Origin: Dehalococcoidia bacterium
Lineage (GTDB): Bacteria; Chloroflexota; Dehalococcoidia; DSTF01; WHTK01
Direction: 5' to 3'
DNA length: 64,000 nucleotides
NCBI GenBank assembly: GCA_965247485.1
Contig: OZ252017.1
Coordinates: 771,192 to 835,191, forward strand
How positions within the stretch are numbered: the stretch's first letter is position 1; every line of letters starts with the position of its first letter. The position numbers were made by a program, and so were the translations under genes. Positions 27,536-38,332 of the stretch are shown here, in pieces. A model generated the notes under the pieces. That model saw only the letters and a program-made list of their open reading frames with translations. It had not been told where the DNA came from and searched no databases.

Positions 27536-28870
27536 ATGACAACGACTTTTAAGAACGAAGACATGCTGCGAATGGTCAACCCTGAAACCGGTCTCGTAGA
27601 CCGCCGAATCTTTGCCGATGCCGATATCTACGAGCTGGAGCTGGAGCGCATCTTTGCCCGCGCCTGGAACTTCATGTGTCACGATTCGCAGATCCCCAAC
27701 CCTGGCGACTTCTTCCAGACCGTCATTGGCGAGGACCGCGTCATCTGTGTTCGTGACAACGATGGCATGCCTCAGGTCCTGGTCAATACCTGCCGCCACC
27801 GTGGCAACGCCATCTGCCGTGCCGATGAGGGCCACGCCACCTCTTTCATGTGCACCTACCACGGCTGGACCTACGACCTCAAAGGCGATTTGGTCGGCAT
27901 GCCCGGCTTCAAAGAGGTCTACCACGAAGAACTCGACCGCGAAAACTGGGGCCTGATCAAGGCGGCGAAAGTGGAAACCCACAAGGGTTTCATCTTCGCC
28001 ACCATGGACCAGCAAACGCCCGGCCTGGAGGAGTACCTCGGCGATGCCGGCCGCATGGGCCTGGCGCTTTTGGCCGAACGCGGCGATGAGATGGTGGCCA
28101 TCGCTGGCATCCAAAAGTACACCATCCCCTGCAACTGGAAGTTTGCCGTCGACAACGTCTGGGACTACTACCACGGCCTAACCCACATGTCGGCGCAGAT
28201 GTCTGGCTTCAGCAGTCAGGCGCGCCGCAACGTCGGCGAGTTCACGCCCGACCATCTCGTTTTTCTCGGCGAATACGGCCACGTGCTCGGCGGCCCCAGG
28301 ATCACCGAGCGAACCCAGCAGCGCTTCACCCCGGCGACGGAATCGCTGCGGTCGGCACAGGACGAGGCCTGGCGCGAGCGGCCCTCGGCCAAGGAGGCTC
28401 TGGGACCCGTTGGCACCCAATCCCGCGGCCACACCAACATCTTCCCCAACATGTGGATCGCCGCCAACCAGGTCAGCATGCGCATGCCCAAGGGTCCCGG
28501 CCAAACCGAGATCTGGTGGTGGACGATTCTCGACAAAAACCAGGCGCCCGAGACGCGCAAAGGCCAGACCTACCGCGCCGCTCACACGTTCGGACCCGCC
28601 GGCATGCTGGAACAGGACGATGGTGAGAACTGGGGCCAGAGCACCCGCGGCATGGTTGGCAGCTTCAGCCGCGACTTCCCCTTGAACTACTCCATGAGTC
28701 TAGACCGCGGCGAGATCATCAATGACGAGCTCAGCCCGCCGCGTATCGAGACCCAAACCAACGAACATCCGCAACTCTGGCACTACCGAGCCTGGTCGGA
28801 ATGGATGGCGTCCTCCACTTGGGATGAGCTAAAAGCCACCCACTCGCCGGTGCCGCCTGACAAGGTTTAG
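27536..28870 (+). CDS. Rieske non-heme iron ring-hydroxylating oxygenase alpha subunit, paralog 3
   Basis: CRHRGNAICRADEGHATSFMCTYHGW. NWKFAVDNVWDYYHGLTH. AAGGAG RBS. Start set at 27536 (MTTTFKNEDML). Confidence 0.9.
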   Translation: MTTTFKNEDMLRMVNPETGLVDRRIFADADIYELELERIFARAWNFMCHDSQIPNPGDFFQTVIGEDRVICVRDNDGMPQVLVNTCRHRGNAICRADEGHATSFMCTYHGWTYDLKGDLVGMPGFKEVYHEELDRENWGLIKAAKVETHKGFIFATMDQQTPGLEEYLGDAGRMGLALLAERGDEMVAIAGIQKYTIPCNWKFAVDNVWDYYHGLTHMSAQMSGFSSQARRNVGEFTPDHLVFLGEYGHVLGGPRITERTQQRFTPATESLRSAQDEAWRERPSAKEALGPVGTQSRGHTNIFPNMWIAANQVSMRMPKGPGQTEIWWWTILDKNQAPETRKGQTYRAAHTFGPAGMLEQDDGENWGQSTRGMVGSFSRDFPLNYSMSLDRGEIINDELSPPRIETQTNEHPQLWHYRAWSEWMASSTWDELKATHSPVPPDKV

Positions 28871-28894
28871 CGTTCTGGAGCAGTCAAGAAGAGC

Positions 28895-28933
28895 GGCGTA
28901 TCAGCCCAGGGCTGATACGCCCCCTTCGTTTTG
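28895..28933 (+). terminator. intrinsic terminator after Rieske-3: perfect 13-bp stem GGCGTATCAGCCC / GGGCTGATACGCC plus CCCTTCGTTTTG
   Basis: Seen directly, 25 nt past the stop. Confidence 0.55.
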
Positions 28934-29023
28934 AGTCTGTCGTCCGCCTGCCAGGCGAGGCCTTGTTCGCTTATCGAGTTCCTAACCCCTACTTGCCGCG
29001 TGGAGCCGGCACTTCCTCCGCGG

Positions 29024-29835
29024 TTAGGAACTCGATCGCCGTTTGTTCCATGATCGGCGCGATGCCGCCGACCAGCCGCCGCGTACCGCCGTAGTAAATA
29101 AACATCCGCGCATGCGGCGCAAGTGGTAGGCCTCATGAAGAAACCTGATCAGCACGGTGTTGGCATTGTCCATCTGTGCCAGCAGCAACGGCATTGTCAT
29201 CTTTGGCAAAAGCTCATGTAGCCGGTTCAGCGTGCGAACCTCACCGTTGGCAACATACTGCGCCACCAATCGATAAGCATCTTCGTGACCAGGTCGAGTT
29301 AGCCGGGCCCACATCTCGTTCACCATTTCGTCGGTGACCATCTGGCCCATATGGCGCCCCATGTCTTCCTCAAGCGCCTCTTTGGTGGGCATCTGGAAGT
29401 TGGCAACGAAAGCTGGCGCTTCCAGGTTCAGACCTGGGGCGTCGAGCAAGATCATCCGCCTGATCCGATCCGGGTTGTTGGCCGCGAAGCGAGAGCTGAC
29501 CCAGCCACCAATGCTGTAGCCAAAAACATCGATGTCCTGGAGGTCGAGCGCGTCGCAGAAACCACTCACCGCGTCCTCCAGATCGGGAAGAAGGGACCTT
29601 CCTTCGCCGCTTCGGACAGTCCCCAACCCGGAAGATCCAGGGCATAAACATGCGAAAAAGCGCTAAAGGCATCGATGTGGGGCAAGAATTGGTCGGCGGA
29701 GAGTGAAAAGCCCATGCCATGTAGACACAAAAGCGGCCGTCCTTCGCCCTTTTCTATGTAGCGAATACGATGGCCGGCGACATCGATATATTGGTCCGGA
29801 ATATCCGCTCTCAATGACATCCTCTTGCCCCTCAC
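29024..29835 (-). pseudogene. alpha/beta hydrolase fold protein, frameshifted
   Basis: N-part 29566-29835 (HGMGFSLSADQF...YALDLPGWGLS). Nucleophile-elbow part 29024-29626 (FGYSIGGW). The two are in different frames. The C-terminus also looks aberrant. Confidence 0.55.
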
Positions 29836-30056
29836 TTTTCAGACTGCAAATCGGGATTCGTCCGAGGCATCATAGTCTAACCCCAGTCCAAATCGGTTTT
29901 CGCCGTCCGGAATCTTATTGGCCTGTGCTACGCTCGGGTCTAGATGACAGCAAACGCGCCCTTCGCCCATCTGACGGCGGCCAATTGGGCGCGGAGTGAC
30001 GGCTTGGCGCAGGTGGCTCCTACCTCACCCTCGAGCCTGACTTTCGAGGCATCCTC

Positions 30057-31358
30057 TTGAACCGCAGGCAATCGTCCCCTTCATCAGCCGCGGTGCTGCT
30101 CAACCGGCGCCTGCCTTTTTTCTACGGCTGGGTAGTCGTCGCCGTCGGCTTCCTCTCCTCGTTCATGATGGGCGCCACCTCTTTCTGGGCCCTGCCGATC
30201 TTTGTCGGTGCCATGAACGACGACACCGGCTGGTCCCACACCAGCATCCTCGCGGGCCTGTCGGTTCACTTCCTCATGGGGGCCGTGGGAGTCTCAGTCG
30301 CCGGTCGCTTCGCGGACCGCAAAGGCGGCGCCGCCCGAGTGCTCCTGGTCGGTATCTTCATTGCCGCCGGCGCCTTGTTCTCGCTGCGCTGGGTCGACTC
30401 GCCGGCCCAATTCATCGTTCTCTACGGTGTCGTAGCCGGCGGCGGCACCAGCGCCCTGCGTGTTCTGCAATCCACGCTGGTCTCCAAATGGTTCATCGCT
30501 AAGCGGGGCATCGCTGTCGGGGTTTCCACCAGCGGCGGAGCCGTTTCCGGAATCCTAATGGTTCCCCTGATCACGTTCTTGATCAGTGAACTCGGCTGGC
30601 GCGGCGCCTGGAGCGCAGTCGCCGTCATCCTCATGCTCCTGCTTTTACCAATGGTCCCGTTAGTGGTGCGTTCTCCCGAGGACCTTGGCCTCGAGCCGGA
30701 CAACGGCGCGCGGCCAGTCTCTTCACGGCCCACCGCTGATTCCGAGCACAGTTTTACGGTCCCAGAGGTGGTTCGCACCCGCACGTTCTGGTTCACGCTG
30801 GTTGCGGTACTGATCGGCAACTTCGCGCTCCAGACCAATACAACGGTAATGGTCCCGTACTTCGAGGACATTGGCTTTTCTACCGCCACGGCCGCCAGCG
30901 CGATCGCGCTTTACGGCTTCATTGCCCTCGGCATGCGCTTTGTCTGGGGAACCATAGCGGACCGTTTTGGTGTTCGCAGAGCCGTGCTGGTGCAAGGCTG
31001 TATCACGGCCCTCGGCGCCCTCTTACTCCTGCAGATTAGCGGCACTGCAAGCCTCTATCTGGTGACCATGTACCAGGGTGCCACCCAGAGCGCCTTCCCT
31101 CTGCTACAGGTTCTGGTCTGGCCCGCATTCTTCGGGCGAGCCCACGTCGGCTCCATCGTTGGTGTCGGCCAGCCGCCCACCGTGCTAGCGGGGGCGGCTG
31201 GACCCCTGGTCGTCGGTTTTCTCTTCGATCAAACCGGCAACCACGAACCGACGCTCTGGCTGCTGGTTGCGATTTGGCTAGCGACGGCAGCCGTTATGTA
31301 TACCATCAAGCCGCTTGGGCGACCGAGAAGTGCTGACAAGAGCCGATCCTCTGACTGA
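30057..31358 (+). CDS. MFS transporter
   Basis: 12 predicted TM helices. GRFADRKG-type loop motif. 433 aa. Confidence 0.75.
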   Translation: MNRRQSSPSSAAVLLNRRLPFFYGWVVVAVGFLSSFMMGATSFWALPIFVGAMNDDTGWSHTSILAGLSVHFLMGAVGVSVAGRFADRKGGAARVLLVGIFIAAGALFSLRWVDSPAQFIVLYGVVAGGGTSALRVLQSTLVSKWFIAKRGIAVGVSTSGGAVSGILMVPLITFLISELGWRGAWSAVAVILMLLLLPMVPLVVRSPEDLGLEPDNGARPVSSRPTADSEHSFTVPEVVRTRTFWFTLVAVLIGNFALQTNTTVMVPYFEDIGFSTATAASAIALYGFIALGMRFVWGTIADRFGVRRAVLVQGCITALGALLLLQISGTASLYLVTMYQGATQSAFPLLQVLVWPAFFGRAHVGSIVGVGQPPTVLAGAAGPLVVGFLFDQTGNHEPTLWLLVAIWLATAAVMYTIKPLGRPRSADKSRSSD

Positions 31359-31474
31359 AACCACAGGAAATCTGCGGGGCGAAAAATAAGTCACCTCGTA
31401 GGGAGCGGACTGCGGTAATATCGGGCTGTGTTGGATTTAGCCCTGAGTTTGCAGCTCGGGATAGGAGGGCGACA

Positions 31475-32785
31475 ATGACCTACTCCAACCAAGAAGTCTG
31501 GAACATGGTCGATACCAACAAGGGACTGATCGACCGCCGCGTGTTCGGTGACGAAGCGCTCTATCAGATGGAGCTAGAGCGGATCTTCGCGCGCTGCTGG
31601 CTGTTCCTGGCCCACGAGTCGGAAGTGGCAAATCCCAACGACTTCATCACCACCTACATGGGTGAGGACCCGGTCTTGGTCACACGGGACGGGAACGGTG
31701 AACTGCACGCCTTCCTAAACGTCTGCCGCCACCGCGGCTCGCGCGTTTGCCTGGTGGATTCCGGCAACGCCGGTTCCTTCATGTGCAATTACCACGCCTG
31801 GGCCTATAGCTCCGACGGCCGCCTCGAGGGTGTGCCGCGGCTGCACGACGGCTACTACGATGAGTTAAACACCAGCGAATGGGGCCTGTTTCCGGTGGCC
31901 CAACTGGAGACCTATCACGGCATGATTTTCGCCACCTTTGACTCCGAGGCGCCGCCCTTGGTCGAATACCTCGGTGACTTCGCCTGGTATCTCGATTCCT
32001 GGCTGGACCGCACCGAGGGTGGCGTTGAGGTCATCCGCGGCATCCGCCGTTGGGTGCTCGACTGCAACTGGAAGGTCGCGGCGGAGAACTTCGTTGGCGA
32101 CGGCTACCACGGCCAGCCAACCCACCAGTCGGCGTTCAAAGTCGGCATCTCGGGCGGCACCCGGCCGGATACGACCATCGGCATACCGGCCAGAACCCGA
32201 TACGGCCACGGTCTGGGAGGCTCGGCTATCAACGACCCAACCCAGAGTGCCGCCGCCTTTGCGCGGCTGCCCGGAATCGACCCCGTCGTAGACGAGTACA
32301 CACAGCGAGTCCTGCCCGAAACTCGCGAGCGCCTCGGCGAAAGGGCCGACATCTACTTCCCCGTACACGGGACCGTTTTCCCAAACCTCTCGATCCAGCC
32401 CAACTTCGCCTCGATGCACGTCTGGCACCCGCGCGGACCCGGACGGGTGGAAGTACGTGATTACACAATCGTCGAAAAAAACGCCCCCGACGACGTCAAG
32501 GCGCGGATAAACTTCCAGTGCATGTACCGGCAAGGGCCGGCCGGCACCTGGGAGCAGGACGATTCCGACAATTGGCAGCAGGTGACGGCGGCCGCACGCG
32601 GCACCGTTTCACGGCGTTTGCCGATGAACTACCAGATGGGTTTGGGGCACGACGCGGAGCATGACGTTCTGCCCGGCCAGCTTTCCTACGGACCCGGCGA
32701 CCACAATCAGCTGAATATGTATCGCTGGTGGGCCGAGTTCATGACCATGCCCACCTGGACGGACCTGCGGACAAAACTCGCCTAA
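31475..32785 (+). CDS. Rieske non-heme iron ring-hydroxylating oxygenase alpha subunit, paralog 4 (most divergent)
   Basis: CRHRGSRVCLVDSGNAGSFMCNYHAW. ENFVGDGYHGQPTH (D-x2-H-x4-H). GGAGGG RBS. 436 aa. Confidence 0.85.
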   Translation: MTYSNQEVWNMVDTNKGLIDRRVFGDEALYQMELERIFARCWLFLAHESEVANPNDFITTYMGEDPVLVTRDGNGELHAFLNVCRHRGSRVCLVDSGNAGSFMCNYHAWAYSSDGRLEGVPRLHDGYYDELNTSEWGLFPVAQLETYHGMIFATFDSEAPPLVEYLGDFAWYLDSWLDRTEGGVEVIRGIRRWVLDCNWKVAAENFVGDGYHGQPTHQSAFKVGISGGTRPDTTIGIPARTRYGHGLGGSAINDPTQSAAAFARLPGIDPVVDEYTQRVLPETRERLGERADIYFPVHGTVFPNLSIQPNFASMHVWHPRGPGRVEVRDYTIVEKNAPDDVKARINFQCMYRQGPAGTWEQDDSDNWQQVTAAARGTVSRRLPMNYQMGLGHDAEHDVLPGQLSYGPGDHNQLNMYRWWAEFMTMPTWTDLRTKLA

Positions 32786-32930
32786 CCCCAAATTCTTTTA
32801 GTCAACGCAGTGAGCCAGCGGAGGCCTAGATTTTTTCCTTCGGTACTCCGGTAGGTAAAATAGCCATTCGGCTATCACCGCGGACGTTCGCCCGCTTGTT
32901 CGACTCTAAATCTAACCCAGGAGGTTTCAA

Positions 32931-33749
32931 ATGGCGGAGTACGCCGCACCCGAGGTCATTATCGAACCGGAATCGCTCGAGGCTTTAATAGAGGACCCCA
33001 AGCTGCGCATCGTTGACTGTGACGTGGCGGATCAGTACCGCCGCGCTCACATCACCGGTGCGGTTTACTTTAAGGGGGAGCGCTTCTTCAAGAATCCCGA
33101 GGAGAAGCGTTTCATCATGTCGCCGGAGCAGTTTAAGGAAGCCATGGAAAGCCTTGGGATCGGTGACGATTCCAGGGTTGTCGCCTACGACGCCTCGGGC
33201 TCTCTCAACGCTGCCCGCATGTGGTGGTGCCTGAATTACTACGGCCACAGCCAGGTCAAGGTTATGAACGGCGGCTGGAACCGCTGGCTTGAGGAAGGCC
33301 GGAGCGTGACCATGGCCGAGCCTGAAATCGCTGCTGCCAGCTTCACTCCTCGCGTCGATGAAGCGCTGCTGGCCAGCGCCGAGTACATCATCGAAGCGAT
33401 AAACAACCCAGATATTGTGCTCCTCGATGTCCGCTCCGATGGCGAATGGGAAGGCACAAACGACCGTGGCAACAAGCGTGCCGGCCACATGCCTGGGGCC
33501 GTGCACATTGAATGGCTGAACAACATAACCACGGATGAATTGCGAACCTTGAAGTCACCGCAGGACCTCACGACCATGTTCGAAACCGCGGGCGTGACAT
33601 CCGACAAGGAGATCGTGACCATCTGCCAGGGTGGCATCCGCGCATCGCAAGCCGCAATGACCCTGAAACTGCTCGGTTATCCGCGGGTCAGAAACTACGA
33701 TGGCTCTTTCCTGGACTGGGGCAATCGGGAGGACACGCCGCTGGTCTGA
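32931..33749 (+). CDS. thiosulfate/3-mercaptopyruvate sulfurtransferase (tandem rhodanese domains)
   Basis: Two rhodanese domains. Active-site loop CQGGIRAS. 272 aa. GGAGG RBS. Confidence 0.8.
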   Translation: MAEYAAPEVIIEPESLEALIEDPKLRIVDCDVADQYRRAHITGAVYFKGERFFKNPEEKRFIMSPEQFKEAMESLGIGDDSRVVAYDASGSLNAARMWWCLNYYGHSQVKVMNGGWNRWLEEGRSVTMAEPEIAAASFTPRVDEALLASAEYIIEAINNPDIVLLDVRSDGEWEGTNDRGNKRAGHMPGAVHIEWLNNITTDELRTLKSPQDLTTMFETAGVTSDKEIVTICQGGIRASQAAMTLKLLGYPRVRNYDGSFLDWGNREDTPLV

Positions 33750-34039
33750 TCAGATCTACCTTACGCCGAGCACCGAACCGAGATGCTTTTTCTAGTGCAG
33801 AAACCAGAAGGGGCGGTCATAGACCGCCCCTTCGTTGATCAACGTTTCCCTGGCGCTAGTGAGCGGCGACGGCTTCGGGCTCGGTGAGCCAATAAGCGAT
33901 GCCTAATTCAGCAGTCGACTTGCCGGCGGGGATGTAAGTTGGGTTCTGGTCCGATCCAGATTAATCCAGACAGCAAACCGTTGATTGGTCCGGGCGTCGA
34001 GGCTCGGGGTTGGCGCGGTCTACCACCAACCGCCGGCTT

Positions 34040-34675
34040 CTAGCGAGCGACCGGCGCGGTTGGAGCGGGCAGGTGTGCAGTTCCAGGCTTCACGCCGCCT
34101 ACTGCCTCAAGCATTGCCCGGTCGCCCTCGATAGACAAACCCAGCCCGTCGTGAATACGGCCGATAAAGTTCCTATAGGCAACGTGCACAACTATGTCTA
34201 CAACTTGCTCGTCGCTAAACCCCACGTCTCGCAGCGTCTGCAAGTCATCTTCGGTTGTGGCCGAAGGATTGAAATTTAGCTTCTCGCAGAAGGTAAGCAT
34301 GGTTCGCTCTTGCTCGGTCAGCTCCGCGCTCTGCCAGTCCAGAAAGAGCTTGTTTGCTTCATCCAGGGTTACGTCCCCGCGCCGGATCATCATGCCACCG
34401 TGCGCCGTGCCGCAGAAGCGGCAGTCGTTGAGCCCGGAGATCACCGTGCTAATCATGTCAGAGTGATGCGCCCCGAGAGACGAAGCTTCGCCGAGTATCG
34501 CATTTCGCAGTTCTTGTTTGGCCATGGCAACCTTGGGCCGCAGGCTCATGACCTTGAAGATTCCGCCAACCTTTCCGCTGGGCGACTTAACGCGCTCGTA
34601 GAACTCCTTCAGTTCTCCCGTCGCCTCGTCTTCGCTGACGTAGTCGACCCACATCTGCTCTTTGTTCTTCTCCAT
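34040..34675 (-). CDS. carboxymuconolactone decarboxylase family (AhpD-like) protein
   Basis: CRFCGTAHGG (CxxC/H motif). A second CMD-like half follows. GGAGG sits 7 nt upstream of the ATG at 34675. Confidence 0.6.
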   Translation of the reverse strand: MEKNKEQMWVDYVSEDEATGELKEFYERVKSPSGKVGGIFKVMSLRPKVAMAKQELRNAILGEASSLGAHHSDMISTVISGLNDCRFCGTAHGGMMIRRGDVTLDEANKLFLDWQSAELTEQERTMLTFCEKLNFNPSATTEDDLQTLRDVGFSDEQVVDIVVHVAYRNFIGRIHDGLGLSIEGDRAMLEAVGGVKPGTAHLPAPTAPVAR

Positions 34676-34855
34676 GAGATAACCTCCGCGATTCAGCTGG
34701 TGTTTGCTAGCTGCTACTTTGCCGCCAGTATGCAAGGCAGCGCATCAGATGACAATGTTTAAATTCGACTCATTCTACTTCGACATCTGCTTTCGAACGT
34801 GGTCTAATACCGTATCTTCTCGCCTCAAGTTCTTGAATCGCAGGGGGATAACTCG

Positions 34856-36169
34856 ATGACTCAGCAAATTGAGCGGCCGGCCGACTTCCGGGACATGGTT
34901 GACTACGAAAAAGGCACCGTCGACCGGCGCGGCTTTGTCGATCCAGACATCTACGAGTTGGAACTGGAGCGCATCTTCGCTCGCGCCTGGAATTTCATGG
35001 CCCACGACTCGCAGATCCCCAACCCTGGCGATTTCTTCATGACCTTCATCGGCGAGGACCGCGTCATCGTCGTGCGCGACAACGACGGCAACCCTCAGGT
35101 TTTGGTCAACACCTGCCGCCACCGCGGCAACGCCATCTGCCGTGCTGATGAGGGCCACGCCACCTCATTTATGTGCACGTATCATGGCTGGACTTATGAC
35201 TTGAAGGGCAACCTCGTCGGCGTGCCCGGCTTCAAGGAAGTCTATCACGAGGAGCTTGACCGCGAAAACTGGGGCCTAATCAAGGCCGCCCAGGTCGACA
35301 GTTACCAGGGCTTCATTTTCGCCAACATGGACCCGGAAGCAGTCGGCCTAGATGAGTACCTCGGTGAAACTGGCAAGATCGGCATCGGCACAATCGCCGC
35401 TCGCGGCGATGTTGCCGTTGCGCCCGGCATCCAGAAATACGTTATGCCCTGCAACTGGAAATTGCCCACAGACAACGGTGTCGGCGATTGGTACCACCCT
35501 TTCATCAGTCACGCGTCCGCACGAATGATTCCTTGGCAAAGGCCGGCTCTGCCAACTCCCGCGGCTGCAAACAACCCCTTTGCCGTGCGACACCTGGTTG
35601 TTCTGGGGGAGTACGGTCACACGATCAGCGGACCGCGCGCGACACCGGCGATGCTGGAGCAGGATCCCTGGCGGGAGAGCCCGAAGGGCAAGGAACTGCT
35701 GGGCCCCGTGGGTATCAAAGCGCGCGGCTTCCCGGGAATATTCCCCAACGTTTGGATAGTAAATAACCAACTGTCCTTGAGGCTGCCCAAAGGCCTCGGC
35801 AAGTGCGAGATCTGGTTCTTCACCTTCGTCGACCAAAATCTGCCTAAAGAACAACAGCAGCAGGTGGTCTTCCGTTCGATCCATACGTTTGGGCCGGCTG
35901 GGATGCTCGAGCAAGATGACGGCGAGAACTGGAATCAGGCCGGCAAAGGCATGGCCGGCACGATCGGCAGACGCTTTCCCCTCAACCATTCCCTCGACCA
36001 CAAGCTGGCCGAGGTGATCAACGACGAAACCGGGCCGTCGCACGCCGAGACCACCGTCAGCGAGCACGCCCAACTCTGGCTGCACCGCGCCTGGAGCGAG
36101 TGGATGGCCGCTGAAAGCTGGGCCGACCTTAAGGCCAACCATTCCACCATGCCCACCGACGTTATCTGA
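34856..36169 (+). CDS. Rieske non-heme iron ring-hydroxylating oxygenase alpha subunit, paralog 5
   Basis: CRHRGNAICRADEGHATSFMCTYHGW. NWKLPTDNGVGDWYHPFISH. 437 aa. Confidence 0.9.
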   Translation: MTQQIERPADFRDMVDYEKGTVDRRGFVDPDIYELELERIFARAWNFMAHDSQIPNPGDFFMTFIGEDRVIVVRDNDGNPQVLVNTCRHRGNAICRADEGHATSFMCTYHGWTYDLKGNLVGVPGFKEVYHEELDRENWGLIKAAQVDSYQGFIFANMDPEAVGLDEYLGETGKIGIGTIAARGDVAVAPGIQKYVMPCNWKLPTDNGVGDWYHPFISHASARMIPWQRPALPTPAAANNPFAVRHLVVLGEYGHTISGPRATPAMLEQDPWRESPKGKELLGPVGIKARGFPGIFPNVWIVNNQLSLRLPKGLGKCEIWFFTFVDQNLPKEQQQQVVFRSIHTFGPAGMLEQDDGENWNQAGKGMAGTIGRRFPLNHSLDHKLAEVINDETGPSHAETTVSEHAQLWLHRAWSEWMAAESWADLKANHSTMPTDVI

Positions 36170-36283
36170 GGAGAGTCAAGTAAGGTGCCAACGCCAGCGA
36201 ATTCGCTCGGGCAGTCTCTTTGCCGCTCCAATCATGCCCGCTGATCATTATTCTCAATCTGACGAGAGCGCCACAACGAGAGA

Positions 36284-36601
36284 ATGATTGCCAAGCTACT
36301 AAGAACGTTCCTGAACACCATCCAGCCCGGTGATGGACCGGAGGATGTCAACGCCAAAGACGTCGAGAGTTGGCAGCGTATTGCCGCCGCCGAGAATGAG
36401 CTCGAGGCGCAGATCTGGCTCGACATTCTTAAGAGCCACGACGTGCCAGCCTACGTGCAAGGCACAGACGCCCTTTCAGGCGTCAGAGGCACGACCAAGA
36501 TTCCCGCCCCCTTCAGCCTGCAACTCTGGGCACAAACACGGGATGCCCTGTCTATCAGGGAGCTCCTGGGAATGGGCCAAAGCAACGAATCGCCGCATTA
36601 G
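36284..36601 (+). CDS. hypothetical small protein (possibly DUF2007-like)
   Basis: ORF only. Weak resemblance to the DUF2007 pattern EAQIWLDILKSHDVPAYV. Confidence 0.3.
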   Translation: MIAKLLRTFLNTIQPGDGPEDVNAKDVESWQRIAAAENELEAQIWLDILKSHDVPAYVQGTDALSGVRGTTKIPAPFSLQLWAQTRDALSIRELLGMGQSNESPH

Positions 36602-36653
36602 TTCCGGCGCCCGAATTAAGCAAACGGAAGCATCTCCGCCTGAAAGCCGACGA

Positions 36654-37250
36654 CTAGGCCGGTGACTGCCACTCGCCAGAAGCCACCAGCCGGACAGCCT
36701 CCGGATATGCTTCCTTCTCTGCCTCAAAAACTCGCGCCGCCAGGGTCTCCGGAGTGTCATCCGCCATCACCGGCACCCTCTTCTGCAAGATGATCGGTCC
36801 GTGGTCGTACTCATAGTCGGCAATATGCAACGTCACTCCCGACTCGGGGTCGCCGGCCGCCAGCACCGCTTCGTGAACGTGATGGCCGTACATGCCCTGA
36901 CCACCGTGTTTTGGTAGCAGCGCGGGGTGAACATTTAGAACCTTTCCTTCTAGGGCGGGCGGGAAAAGATACTTCTGCAGGAAGCCGGACAGCAAAATGA
37001 GGTCGACCGGGTACCGCTCCAGCACGGCAGTGATCGCCTCACTAAACGCCTCGACCGTGTCGGATGCGCGGCGCTGGACGATCTCGCAGGGCAGGCCCGC
37101 TGTCTTCGCCCTCTCGACACTTAGCACGTCGCGCCGGCTGCTGACCACGACCTGGATCTTGGCATCGAGATTGCCGGCTTCGATCTGATCGATGAAATTT
37201 TGTAGCATCGTGCCCGCACCGGATACCAGGACGGCAAGATTCACGGTCAT
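36654..37250 (-). CDS. purN: phosphoribosylglycinamide formyltransferase
   Basis: VLVSGAGT, NVHPALLPKHGG, folate-binding SGVTLHIADYEYDHGPII. 198 aa. Confidence 0.85.
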   Translation of the reverse strand: MTVNLAVLVSGAGTMLQNFIDQIEAGNLDAKIQVVVSSRRDVLSVERAKTAGLPCEIVQRRASDTVEAFSEAITAVLERYPVDLILLSGFLQKYLFPPALEGKVLNVHPALLPKHGGQGMYGHHVHEAVLAAGDPESGVTLHIADYEYDHGPIILQKRVPVMADDTPETLAARVFEAEKEAYPEAVRLVASGEWQSPA

Positions 37251-37256
37251 GCCAAG

Positions 37257-37955
37257 TTAGCGCCGAGCCGAGGCACGTGGTGGCGAAGCGAATGTCGGAC
37301 GAAGGCCCAGGCGCCAGCGAATCTTGGCGTAGGTGCTGATCCAGTGGACCATTGGAAGAGAGCGGCGGCCCACGATACGTCCCCCGGGCAGAGCCTGCAA
37401 GAACTCGTCCGGCGTCTCAAAGTCTTCCATCTCCAAGGCGGCACCGCCAAGCTCCCAGGGCGAGTGAGAATCCGTGCCCAGAGTCATCGGCTTTGCAACC
37501 TCGACTGCCAAATCCCGAGCCTTCTGATCGTGCTTCGAAAGGATGTTGCGACAGTTGAAACCCTCGATCGCGTCGACCCTCTGCTTAATCCGCTCCAGCG
37601 CATCTGTGCGAATCACCGAACGGCGGAATATGTCGTACGGGTGCGGCACGATAACCAGGCCGCCTTGCTCGTGAATCGCCTTGATTGTCTCTTCCGGTGA
37701 CATGTCACGCGGCACAAGCTCCTTGAGGAAGAGGCCAATGAGCTCACCCTCGGAAGTCTTCACTTCTTCACCAACAATCACCTTGAAAGGTGCCAGCTTC
37801 TGAATAACGAAAGCACCCTCGATCTCATTGTGATCGGTGACCGCGATGCAGTTGATGCCTTTGCGCACGCAGTTATCGACTAAGGCTTCGGGTGAGATCA
37901 CCGAATCGCGTGAGTAGTGGCTATGGCTGTGGAAGTCGGCCCGAAGTTTTGTCAT
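37257..37955 (-). CDS. PHP domain phosphoesterase
   Basis: ADFHSHSHYSRDS ... AVTDHN metal-binding His motifs. 232 aa. Confidence 0.7.
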   Translation of the reverse strand: MTKLRADFHSHSHYSRDSVISPEALVDNCVRKGINCIAVTDHNEIEGAFVIQKLAPFKVIVGEEVKTSEGELIGLFLKELVPRDMSPEETIKAIHEQGGLVIVPHPYDIFRRSVIRTDALERIKQRVDAIEGFNCRNILSKHDQKARDLAVEVAKPMTLGTDSHSPWELGGAALEMEDFETPDEFLQALPGGRIVGRRSLPMVHWISTYAKIRWRLGLRPTFASPPRASARR

Positions 37956-38086
37956 TTAGCTATCTTTTCGGCCTTCGCTGGTCTGGGTCGAGACATTTGG
38001 GCAATGTCGTCGCGCCGCGAGCCTTAGTCGCCAGGAAGCGCCGGCTCCTCGTCCGCTGTCGTCCCATCCAAATTCGCGCCGTCTAG

Positions 38087-38332
38087 CTACACTTCCTCGT
38101 CCTCACTCGCGGCAACTGTTTCGCGCAATCGCGTGATGCGAAGCTCGGCGCCGTCCAGCATCTGCTGACAGCTCTTCGCCAGGGACACGGCCTCTTCGTA
38201 GGCACCGAGGGAGTCATCCAGGCTTAGCCCGCCCTGCTCCAGAAGAGAGACTTTCTCCTCCAGTTGCTGGTACATTTCTTCAAACGTCGGTTTGGACTTC
38301 GGCGCCGCCATCGCTTCTATTCTAGCCGTCAT
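38087..38332 (-). CDS. xseB: exodeoxyribonuclease VII small subunit
   Basis: FEEMYQQLEEKVSLLEQGGLSLDDSLGAYEEAVSLAKSCQQML matches the XseB helical hairpin. 81 aa. Unlinked from xseA. Confidence 0.75.
   Translation of the reverse strand: MTARIEAMAAPKSKPTFEEMYQQLEEKVSLLEQGGLSLDDSLGAYEEAVSLAKSCQQMLDGAELRITRLRETVAASEDEEV

Noticed and set aside
36330-36760. ORFs 36330-36665 and 36476-36760 near the purN 3' end
   Set aside because: Arg-rich low-complexity. They overlap the purN terminus and the better-supported 36284-36601 frame.
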